Of a stretch of 46,622 nucleotides of DNA, positions 1 through 7,783 are shown one piece after another. The notes below the pieces were generated by a model, which was not told the DNA's origin, searched no databases, and saw only the letters and a program-made list of their open reading frames with translations. Each line of letters begins with the position of its first letter. Positions within the stretch are counted from its first letter, which is position 1. Source of the stretch: Verrucomicrobiota bacterium (GTDB taxonomy: Bacteria > Verrucomicrobiota > Verrucomicrobiia > Limisphaerales > UBA8199); NCBI GenBank assembly GCA_038209025.1, contig JBBQYD010000002.1, forward strand, positions 1 through 46,622. The letters run 5' to 3'. A program made the translations under genes and the position numbers.

Positions 1-3000
1 GCGGGCTTTTATCAACCCGCCGGGCTCGGCGACTTTGTGTGGCATGACATCAATGGCAATGGCATCCAGGACGCCAACGAACCAGGCCTCGCCAATGTGA
101 CGGTGAAGCTGCACTCCTGCCTGAACAGCAACTTGGTGGCGACCACCGCCACCGCCGATGGCTTGGGGTCTTCGCCGCTGGGTTATTATGAGTTCACCGG
201 GCTTACCCCCGGGGTGGGCTATTTCGTTGAGTTTTTTGATACCAACGGCTTTGTGCTCACGATGCCGCTCCAAGGCCCGGATACAAGCCTCGACAGCAAC
301 GTGGACGGCGCCAATGGTCCGGGCACCACCGCGTGCGTGATCCTGGCCGCCGGGGAGTTCAACAGCTCGATCGATGCCGGCCTCTATCAACCTGCTTCGC
401 TCGGTGATTACGTATGGGAAGACAAGAACGGCGACGGCCAGCAGAATGCCGGTGAGTCTGGCATTCCGAATGTCACAGTGCAGCTTTTCAAATGTGACGC
501 GACGACCGTGTTCGCCACGGCGACGACCGATGCGAATGGTTATTACAGTTTCACCGGTTTGGCTCCCGGCAGTTACTACGTGAAATTCCTCTCACCCACC
601 AGCTACGTGGTTACGCTCCTCAATGTGGGTAACGACGCCTCGGACAGCGATGCCCAGGGTAATGGCACGACGGCGTGTGTCACGCTCGCCAGCGGCGAGA
701 GCAACCTGACGGTGGATGCCGGCCTCTATCAACCTGCTTCGCTCGGTGATTACGTATGGGAAGACAAGAACGGCAACGGCCAGCAGAATGCCGGTGAGTC
801 TGGCATTCCGAATGTGCCGGTGACGCTGTACACCTGTGGCGATGTGCCGGTGGGCACGGGCAGCACTGATCCCAATGGATATTACCTGTTCAAGGATCTG
901 GCTCCGGGCCGCTATTACGTTGTGTTCGGCACGCCTGCGGGTTATGTGGCCACCACGAGCAACAGCGGCAACGACGCCACGGATAGCGACGCAGTGGCAG
1001 GCAGTACTGGCTGCTACGAATTGGTGTCGGGCCAGACTGACCTGAGCGTAGATGCCGGGTTCATCCGTGAATTGAAGATTGTTGCGGTGGCGGATACGGA
1101 TGTGGTTTGCAAGGGGGCAAACAATGGGTCCATCAGCGTAACCGCAGAAGGTGGTGTCCCGCCGATTTCCTACTCCATTAACGGCGGTGCTTCCTACCAG
1201 GCTGCGTCCCTTTTCCAGAATCTTGCAGCCGGAAATTATATGGTCATGGTCAAAGACGGCCTCGGGACCACGGCCGCTTATAGCGGAAACCCGGTGGTTA
1301 TCACCGAACCGGCAACGGCTGTGACGCTGACATTGCAGGGAACGGACGAGACCTGCGCCGGAAAAGATGGCAAGATTCAAGCCACTTTCAGCGGCGGCAC
1401 GAGTCCCTATAAGATCTCAATCAACGGTGGCACTTTGGAACCTGCCGCGTCGCCGAAGGACTTCATCGGCCTGAGCGCCGGGGCCTATTCGGTCACCGTC
1501 ATGGATTCCGAGGATTGTTCTATCACCGAGAGCATCACCCTCAAGCGCAATTGCCCGCTAACCCTGGCCTGCGTGTCAACGGGCACGGGCAAAGTGGGCG
1601 TTCCCTATGCCTCGACCCTTTCGGCATCGGGAGGCACTCCGCCCTACATTTACGGGCTCGCGCCCGGCTCATCGCTGCCGGATGGCCTAGCCCTAACTCC
1701 GGGCACTGGGTTGATTGCAGGCACGCCCACGACTGCCGGGATGTTTAGCTTCACCGTGACAGTGATCGACTCGACGGGCGGAGCCGCGCAAAACACCACT
1801 GCGGCATGCGGTATCAGCATCGAAGCGCAGGAGTGCGTGCCCAGCACGCTGGTGATGGAAGGAAACTCTGCCGTCTCTGGCACCGCAGGGAACATCCGTC
1901 AGTTCACCACCAATGGGATATCAGTGAAGGTGACCGCGTTCAGCCGCGAGAAAACGACCGGCTCCTGGAACCCGGCGTACCTTGGGGCCTTTGGCGGCGG
2001 TTTGGGCGTGACCGACAGCACCGAGAACGGCTCGGGCAACAGCCACACCGTGGACAACCTCGGGCGCGACAACTTCTTAATGTTTGTATTCTCGCAGCCG
2101 GTAACCGTTAATCGGGCGTTCCTGGGTTACGTGGTGAACGATAGTGACCTCCTAGTTGCGGGGGGCACCATTGCCAACGCTTATACCGATGGAGTCGTGC
2201 CGAGCGACGCTCTGTTCAGCACTCTGCCGCTGGCGGAGGAGAACCTGACTGACAGCGCTGACCCGCGCTGGGCCGTGGTTAACGCGGCGGGTGTCGAAGG
2301 CAACGTGTTTCTCATTGGGGCTTCGCCTCTGGACACCACGCCGAACGACGAATTCAAGCTCGAAAAGCTGGAGTTCTGCCAACCGCCGGCCAAGCTGACG
2401 GTCGGTTGCGCACCGAATGGCCAGGGGCAGGTTGGGAGCTTCTACTCCTCAACTCTCGGTGTGAGCGGCGGGTATGCGCCTTATACGTTCGCGATTACCG
2501 GCGGAACCTTGCCGCCTGGACTGACGCTGAACTCGACCACCGGCGAGATTTCCGGGACCCCGACTGCTGCGGGTGTTTACAACTTCACGGCCGCCGTAAT
2601 CGATGTGACCGGCAATGCCGCACAGGCGGCGTCCGTTACTTGCGACATTACTATCGTCCCGGAGGAGTGTGTGCCGAGCCAGTTCCTGATGGAAGGCAGC
2701 TCCTCGGGCAGCGGGACGGCGGGCAATACCCGAACCTTCACGGTCAACGGGATTACCGTCAAAGCCACAGCCTTCAGCCGCGTAAAATCTACGGGCGCAT
2801 GGAATACGGCGTTTCTGGGTGCGTTTGGCGGCGGTCTGGGAGTGACTGACGGGAGCGAAGACGGCGCGGGCAATAGTCATACTGTCGATAACATGGGACG
2901 CGACAATTATGTGGCTTTCGTGTTCTCGCAGCCGGTGGTCGTGAATCGCGCCTATTTGGGCTATGTGGTGAACGACAGCGATCTAACTGTGTGGGCGGGT

Positions 3001-4932
3001 AACGTTTCAGGCGCGTATTCCTCGGGCCTTACCCTGAGCGATTCGCTGCTGGCCTCGCTGGCGTTGAAGGAGAATAATGATACTGTCAGCGCGGATCCGC
3101 GCTGGGCGGACATCAATGGTGGCGAAGTGCAAGGCAACGTCTTTGTGGTGGCCGCGTCGCTGGCTGACACCACGCCCGATGACGAGTTCAAGATCGAGAA
3201 GCTGGAAGTCTGCGCCCCGGGCGTGAGCCTGTCGATCAGTTGCCCGCCTCAGGGGTCTGGCCAGGTTAACGTGTCGTACTCTTCAGCCTTTGTGGTGAGC
3301 GGCGGCACGGCTGCTTACAACTTCGCCCTCACTGGCGGAGCGCTTCCCGGTGGCCTGACGCTCAACACTGCCACGGGAGTTATCAGCGGCAAGCCGACCG
3401 CCGCGGGAACGTTCAACTACACCGTGAAAGTGACCGACGCCAAGGGGCGAACGGCCAGCGTTAGCTGCTCGATCATAGTGGAATCCCCGTGCCTCGGATC
3501 AATCGCGGGCCTGGTCATGCGCGACTGCGGAAACGATGGCTCAATTAGCGGCGACGCCAGCCTGGCTGGAGTCGTTGTGACCTTGAAGCAGGGGAGCACC
3601 GTGGTGAAGACAACCACCCCGGATGCCAGCGGAGCCTTCAGCTTCACTGGTCTGGGCGCGGCTTCCTACGTGGTGGTGGTAACACCGCCTGTTTCCACAA
3701 AACAAACCTTGGATCCGGACGGCTGCCTGGATAACCAATACACGGTTGCCCTGGCGAAATGCCAGTCGGTGGCGAACCTGGCGTTTGGCTACACAGGCCT
3801 GAGTCCGGCTGTGAAGCTGGCAATATACGGGCCATCCACCGCCAAGCGTGGAGAGACGATCACCTTCATGTTCGCCGTTACTAATACAGGGAATACCTGC
3901 CTGTATGGCGGATTGAAGGTTATATCTCCGCTGCTCGGCGGGCAGATATTCCATCGCACGCCGGTAAGTCCGGGCGAGTATTTCACGTTCACTGTTAACT
4001 ACCCGGTGACGTCCTCGACGCCAACCACGCTGGTGCTCACAGCTTCGGCGGTGGGCGATCCGCCGATCGGCCCGGATGTGACCCACGCCGCCTCCTTGTC
4101 GGTGAGCATTGTTACCCCACCGGCGGCACCGGCCAACGTGTGCGGCACACCCGGCAACAAGACCGCCAAGCTAACCTGGACCGCGGCATCCGGCTGCAGT
4201 TACACGGTGAAACGATCAGAGGTGGAGAGCGGGCCGTACACAACCGTGGCTTCCGGCCTGACCACTGCCTCGTGGCTGAACAGCGGACTGAACAACGGCA
4301 AGGGTTACTACTATGTCGTCTGCGCAGTTAAGAACGGTGCCGAAAGCGCACCCTCAACCGAATGCCTGGTAGTGCCAACGGGAGTATCCTCACCGTGGCA
4401 AACCAAGGACATCGGCGCGCCCAGCGTAACGGGCGGTGCCGGCAATTCCGGAACTTCGTTTGTCGTGAGCGGGGCGGGCGTCGATATTTGGGATTCTGCG
4501 GATCAACTGCGGTATGTGTATCAGAGCGCCAGCGGCGATTGCAGCATCGTTGCAAGAGTCACTGGATTGACAGCTACGGACCCCTGGGCCAAGGTGGGTG
4601 TGATGATCCGGGAAACTTTGGCTGGCGGGTCGAAGCATGTGTCCTGCTTCCTTACGCCGGAGAACGGGGTGGCGGCTCAGTCCCGGACGACTACGGGCGG
4701 AAGCAGCCTCAACTCGAACGTTACCGGGGTGGACGTCAATTGCTGGGTGAAGGTCACCCGGTCCGGGTCCACCTTCAAGGTGTTCTATTCAAAGAATGGC
4801 ACGACGTGGAACCTCATGAGTTCCGGCAGCGTGTCGATGGCAACCAACGTCTATATTGGCTTGGCAGTAACCAGCCACAACAGTGGCAACCTCTGCACTG
4901 CCACAATCGACAACGTGACGGCTGTGCCATAA
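1..4932 (+). CDS. Giant secreted/cell-surface repeat protein, 5' end cut by the window edge. Modules: SdrD-B/Cna-B-type repeats, SprB-type repeats, He_PIG-like Ig modules alternating with an unassigned ~183-aa domain, DUF11-like, Fn3, and a C-terminal LamG/ConA-like (DUF1349-type) domain.
   Basis: Frame 1 is open from base 1 to TAA 4930-4932. Bases 1-48 translate to AGFYQPAGLGDFVWHD. This is the repeat-junction motif (DAGLYQPASLGDYVWEDKNG) that recurs at 373 and 715, so the listed GTG at 37 is internal. Motifs seen: GDYVWEDKNGxGQQNAGESGIPNV...YYxFxxLAPGxYYV x3 (1-1070); CKGANNGSISV..GGVPPISYSINGG and CAGKDGKIQA..GGTSPYKISINGG (1080-1550); GGTPPYIYGL..LPDGLALTPGTGLIAGTPTTAGMFSFTVTVID-type x3; Fn3-like TAKLTWTAASGCSYTVKRS..GKGYYYVV (about 4120-4370); WQTKDIG..FVVSGAGVDIWDSADQLRYVYQ..GDCSIVARV..DPWAKVGVMIRE (4385-4929). 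Confidence 0.85.
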   Translation, partial: AGFYQPAGLGDFVWHDINGNGIQDANEPGLANVTVKLHSCLNSNLVATTATADGLGSSPLGYYEFTGLTPGVGYFVEFFDTNGFVLTMPLQGPDTSLDSNVDGANGPGTTACVILAAGEFNSSIDAGLYQPASLGDYVWEDKNGDGQQNAGESGIPNVTVQLFKCDATTVFATATTDANGYYSFTGLAPGSYYVKFLSPTSYVVTLLNVGNDASDSDAQGNGTTACVTLASGESNLTVDAGLYQPASLGDYVWEDKNGNGQQNAGESGIPNVPVTLYTCGDVPVGTGSTDPNGYYLFKDLAPGRYYVVFGTPAGYVATTSNSGNDATDSDAVAGSTGCYELVSGQTDLSVDAGFIRELKIVAVADTDVVCKGANNGSISVTAEGGVPPISYSINGGASYQAASLFQNLAAGNYMVMVKDGLGTTAAYSGNPVVITEPATAVTLTLQGTDETCAGKDGKIQATFSGGTSPYKISINGGTLEPAASPKDFIGLSAGAYSVTVMDSEDCSITESITLKRNCPLTLACVSTGTGKVGVPYASTLSASGGTPPYIYGLAPGSSLPDGLALTPGTGLIAGTPTTAGMFSFTVTVIDSTGGAAQNTTAACGISIEAQECVPSTLVMEGNSAVSGTAGNIRQFTTNGISVKVTAFSREKTTGSWNPAYLGAFGGGLGVTDSTENGSGNSHTVDNLGRDNFLMFVFSQPVTVNRAFLGYVVNDSDLLVAGGTIANAYTDGVVPSDALFSTLPLAEENLTDSADPRWAVVNAAGVEGNVFLIGASPLDTTPNDEFKLEKLEFCQPPAKLTVGCAPNGQGQVGSFYSSTLGVSGGYAPYTFAITGGTLPPGLTLNSTTGEISGTPTAAGVYNFTAAVIDVTGNAAQAASVTCDITIVPEECVPSQFLMEGSSSGSGTAGNTRTFTVNGITVKATAFSRVKSTGAWNTAFLGAFGGGLGVTDGSEDGAGNSHTVDNMGRDNYVAFVFSQPVVVNRAYLGYVVNDSDLTVWAGNVSGAYSSGLTLSDSLLASLALKENNDTVSADPRWADINGGEVQGNVFVVAASLADTTPDDEFKIEKLEVCAPGVSLSISCPPQGSGQVNVSYSSAFVVSGGTAAYNFALTGGALPGGLTLNTATGVISGKPTAAGTFNYTVKVTDAKGRTASVSCSIIVESPCLGSIAGLVMRDCGNDGSISGDASLAGVVVTLKQGSTVVKTTTPDASGAFSFTGLGAASYVVVVTPPVSTKQTLDPDGCLDNQYTVALAKCQSVANLAFGYTGLSPAVKLAIYGPSTAKRGETITFMFAVTNTGNTCLYGGLKVISPLLGGQIFHRTPVSPGEYFTFTVNYPVTSSTPTTLVLTASAVGDPPIGPDVTHAASLSVSIVTPPAAPANVCGTPGNKTAKLTWTAASGCSYTVKRSEVESGPYTTVASGLTTASWLNSGLNNGKGYYYVVCAVKNGAESAPSTECLVVPTGVSSPWQTKDIGAPSVTGGAGNSGTSFVVSGAGVDIWDSADQLRYVYQSASGDCSIVARVTGLTATDPWAKVGVMIRETLAGGSKHVSCFLTPENGVAAQSRTTTGGSSLNSNVTGVDVNCWVKVTRSGSTFKVFYSKNGTTWNLMSSGSVSMATNVYIGLAVTSHNSGNLCTATIDNVTAVP

Positions 4933-4950
4933 ATCAACAGCAGACTGTGC

Positions 4951-4991
4951 GCGTGACCTCCGCTGCATCGTGGCGGGGGTCACGCTTTTTA
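4951..4991 (+). terminator. Rho-independent terminator after the giant surface-protein gene
   Basis: GCGTGACCTCCGC (4951-4963) pairs with GCGGGGGTCACGC (4973-4985), giving 13 bp with one G-U. The loop is about 9 nt and is followed by TTTTTAT (4986-4992). The hairpin sits 19 nt after the stop codon. Confidence 0.7.
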
Positions 4992-4992
4992 T

Positions 4993-6273
4993 ATGCCCGG
5001 ATCTTTGCCTAGGAATGTGCTTATGCTGGGAGCGGCATGCGCGCTTGGTTTGGCGGCATTCACCCTGTCATTCGGATGCCGACGAGACGGTGAGGCAAAC
5101 GGGGATGCACCTGGGGAGCGCGCAACCGCTTCCGCGCCGAGCCAGACGCCAGCGAAGACTATTCGCGGGGGCTTGTCCTCCCCGGCGAAGACCAGCGAGC
5201 TCGAGCAGATTCTCAAAGGGCCTCCCAGTGATGCGGATTCCGAGAACCGTTCCGAGGCCCTGGTGAGTTGGGTCAAGGGGTTTTCAGAAGATGCCCGCAA
5301 AGAAGCCCTTCGGCTGCTTCTGAGCACAAACAACATCGCTGGGGGAACCGAACTGCGAAATGCTCTCCTTGCGAATTGGGCAGCGGCGGATCCTGCCGGC
5401 GCCGGAGCCTGGCTCAAGAGCCTGCCTGGGAGCCTCGGCAGGCGAGAGGCCTTCCGGGTTTTAGCCACTTCGTGGGCGGATCAAGATCTGGACGCTGCTT
5501 TGGCGTGGGCGCAAGAGCTGGGGAGCAGCGCGGATAGGGAGCCGGCGCTTGCTGCGATTGCTTACGCAGCCATTAGCGAAGACCCGGTGAAATCCCTGGA
5601 AATTGGGGTAGAGCTGGAGCCCACGGCCACACGTGAGGAACTGCTGACCCAGGCAGCCGCCGAATGGGCCGTCCAGGATCCGTCCGCGGCTGCGGATTGG
5701 GCAAAGAGGGTGGACTCCGCTCATGGACGCGCCGTCCTGATTGCTGCCGTCGCTGCCGCCTGGAGTGAGTCGGACCCTGAAAGCGCGGGCAGACTGGCCA
5801 GCCAGGAACTCCCGTCCGGCCGGGCGCAGGAGGATGCGGTGATTGGCATTCTCCAACGCTGGGCACAATCCGCGCCTGAAGCAGCTTTGGCGTGGGTCGG
5901 GCAATTCGCCGATGGAGATTTAAAAGACACTGCCTTGCAAGCGACTATCCAAATCTGGGCCTCTCAGGATCCCGTGGTTGCCGGGGAGTGGTTGAATGGA
6001 GCAGGCACTGCCCTCGCCAAGCGTGACTTGGCGCTCAGCGCTTATGCGGAGCAGATCGCCACGAAGGACCCGCAGGCTGCCGCCGCTTGGGTGGAGAAAA
6101 TCGAAGATCAACAGCTCCGGGAAGCTCGCCAGGAAGCTCTGGCGAGCGTTTGGCTGGGAATGGATGAGGAATCAGCGCGCAAGTGGGTGCGCAGTTCCTC
6201 GCTTTCCCCCCAGACAAAAGATCGGATCCTGGCTCCCAAAGAAACAGATCGTGCTCCGAAAGGCAGCAACTAA
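4993..6273 (+). CDS. Secreted/possible lipoprotein built of about nine 32-33-aa alpha-helical repeats (consensus ..W(A/S)xxDPxxAxxW..), function unknown
   Basis: ATG at 4993. N-terminus MPGSLPRNVLMLGAACALGLAAFTLSFGC has a charged n-region, a hydrophobic core and a Cys, but the lipobox is non-canonical. Recurring units include LLANWAAADPAGAGAWLKSL, LATSWADQDLDAALAWAQEL, AAAEWAVQDPSAAADWAKRV, LQRWAQSAPEAALAWVGQF, IQIWASQDPVVAGEWLNG and QIATKDPQAAAAWVEKI. Confidence 0.7.
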   Translation: MPGSLPRNVLMLGAACALGLAAFTLSFGCRRDGEANGDAPGERATASAPSQTPAKTIRGGLSSPAKTSELEQILKGPPSDADSENRSEALVSWVKGFSEDARKEALRLLLSTNNIAGGTELRNALLANWAAADPAGAGAWLKSLPGSLGRREAFRVLATSWADQDLDAALAWAQELGSSADREPALAAIAYAAISEDPVKSLEIGVELEPTATREELLTQAAAEWAVQDPSAAADWAKRVDSAHGRAVLIAAVAAAWSESDPESAGRLASQELPSGRAQEDAVIGILQRWAQSAPEAALAWVGQFADGDLKDTALQATIQIWASQDPVVAGEWLNGAGTALAKRDLALSAYAEQIATKDPQAAAAWVEKIEDQQLREARQEALASVWLGMDEESARKWVRSSSLSPQTKDRILAPKETDRAPKGSN

Positions 6274-6370
6274 TCAAGGACAACGCAATCCGCCACTTAG
6301 CCCCAGGCAGCTACAGCGGGGCGTTTCCCCTGGGGTTTCTTCGTGTGCCCAGGCAGGGCGCACTGGTTGG

Positions 6371-6957
6371 TTGAAGCTTGAAATTGAGGTCAGGGACTTG
6401 GGGCGAGACGAAAGAAACGCGAGTCGGCACTCTCTGGAATCGCCAGCCAGCTCGTGGCGTTGATCGGCAGAGGAGACGGCGCGTCCTGCCATATTGGAAT
6501 CGCAAGTTTCTGGGGTTCTCCATGACGGCGCATCGGGAATGCCGGGTGCGAGTGGCTTCGCAAGCCCGTGAACCGCTTCAAGGAAGCCATGCGGGAAAAG
6601 TTCCGAGAGGGACGGGGCCGCAACCTGCGGGCGTTTCTGGCAAGCCTCAAACCCAAGCTTCGAGGCTGGGCCAGTTACTTCAGCGTGGCGGAAACGAGAA
6701 AGGTATTTGGAGACCTCGACCAATGGCTGCGGCGCAAGCTGCGGTGCATGGAATGGGCCCCGCTTTGGACCTCCACCTGCGGAAGCGGGGTTGTAGCACA
6801 GCGGGACATACCAGCACCTAAAACGGGAAAACATTGCCTTTGTTTAAGCGGTCAGATCGGGCTGTCTCCCTGGAGCAGGCGAGCGGCTGCTTCGGTTCTT
6901 CCATCTCTTGCTGCATTTCGACCTGAAACATGCGTCCCTCAGATGTTTGGCATGTGA
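6371..6957 (+). pseudogene. Degenerate 3' fragment of a group II intron reverse transcriptase/maturase (end of the RT domain plus X/maturase domain), broken by frameshifts
   Basis: Three different + frames carry consecutive pieces: LKLEIEVRD.. (from 6371); RKFLGFSMTAHRECRVRVASQA (from 6507; FLGF motif of RT block 7); NRFKEAMREKFREGRGRNLRAFLASLKPKLRGWASYFSVAETRKVFGDLDQWLRRKLRCMEW (6568-6754; the LRGWxxYF...LDxWxRRRLR maturase signature). A possible tail is GLSPWSRRAAASVLPSLAAF. No N-terminal RT blocks (YADD etc.) are present. Boundaries are approximate. Confidence 0.6.
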
Positions 6958-7207
6958 CTGGCTATGTTTGAGTTGTTTCGACAAACAGGGCCAGGCTGAG
7001 GTGTTCGGTCGGCGGTCCGCAGGCAAAACATTTATGAGGACTCGGAGTTGGCTCCGCGCCGCTGAAATAGGCGTGTTTGGGCGACGGGTGACAACTGCGG
7101 TTGTCGCCGCTCTGTCACTTTGCACGATGACTGCTGAAACCGCAGCCTCCTCCACCCGGGGCTTGGCAGATCTCAGGCCGAACTGACTTGTCGGTTCTAA
7201 AAGGGAC

Positions 7208-7693
7208 ATGTGTAGAAGGGTCAAGGCCAGTCGGGACGGAGGTTGCAGCCTCCTGGCGATGGCATGCCTTTTTATGATCACCTTGTTCCTCGGTGTCACG
7301 GGAGCACGGGCCACCACGGAACCCGAAGTCAAAGCGGCGTTCCCCTTCAATTTCATAAAGTCCATTGATTGGCCGCCCGTGGCCTTTACGAACGAGACGG
7401 CTCCCATTGTGGTGAGGGTCCTGGGGGAAACTCCGCTCCAGGAATTGTTGCCGCAAATGGTTCAGGACGTGAAGGTGAAGGGGCGCGCGGTGTGCATTCA
7501 ATCGCTCAACGCCGGGCAATCTGTCGCGCACTGCCATTTGGTTTTTGTAGCCCGTTCGGAAGCCGCGCCCGCCCAGGAGTTGCTGCGTGCCACCAAAGGG
7601 AAACCAGTTTTGACAGTGGGAGAGTCCCCCGGAATTCACCTCCAAAGGAAGAATGATCAGTTTCGTGATGGTGGAAAGAACGGTTCGTTTTGA
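7208..7693 (+). CDS. YfiR-family (DUF4154) periplasmic protein, interrupted by a +1 frameshift near 7626-7633. The conserved C-terminus continues in another frame to TGA 7785-7787.
   Basis: Signal-like N-terminus (LLAMACLFMITLFLGVTGARA), then EPEVKAAFPFNFIKSIDWP, CHLVFVARSE and KPVLTVGESPG, which are typical YfiR/DUF4154 blocks. The frame starting at 7632 reads EFTSKGRMISFVMVERTVRFEVNTTAMATAGLRADSRLLAVARRSKRNQSK*, which is the family's usual C-terminal (GGMIxF...VRFEIN...GLxISSxLLxLA) segment. Confidence 0.65.
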   Translation: MCRRVKASRDGGCSLLAMACLFMITLFLGVTGARATTEPEVKAAFPFNFIKSIDWPPVAFTNETAPIVVRVLGETPLQELLPQMVQDVKVKGRAVCIQSLNAGQSVAHCHLVFVARSEAAPAQELLRATKGKPVLTVGESPGIHLQRKNDQFRDGGKNGSF

Positions 7694-7783
7694 GGTTAAC
7701 ACCACGGCTATGGCGACCGCAGGATTGCGGGCCGACTCCCGCCTGTTGGCGGTGGCCCGCCGTTCCAAAAGAAATCAGTCCAA

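Noticed and set aside
592-1380. 262-aa minus-strand ORF, plus many other 60-150-aa ORFs on both strands, inside 1-4932
   Set aside because: They lie antisense to or out of frame with a 1631+ aa ORF that has clear domain motifs. Their R/G/A/P-rich low-complexity translations are typical of spurious frames in high-GC DNA.
6274-6834. 186-aa minus-strand ORF across the intron-relic region
   Set aside because: It overlaps the plus-strand segments that carry recognisable RT/maturase motifs. It has no motif of its own and is probably a chance open frame.
4385-6957. Diversity-generating retroelement idea (RT fragment near a gene ending in a lectin-like domain)
   Set aside because: The RT fragment carries the group II intron maturase signature (LRGWxxYF...WxRRRLR), which DGR RTs lack. 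The C-terminal domain looks LamG/DUF1349-like, not C-type-lectin/FGE-like. I could not see a template/variable repeat pair by eye. A self dot-plot of 4400-7200 would settle it.
6958-7207. Search for group II intron domain V/VI RNA after the RT relic
   Set aside because: Only short imperfect hairpins were found, for example CGCGCC-GCUGAAAUA-GGCGUG and GACAAC-TGCG-GTTGTC. None has the 14-bp, 2-nt-bulge, AGC-triad form of domain V.
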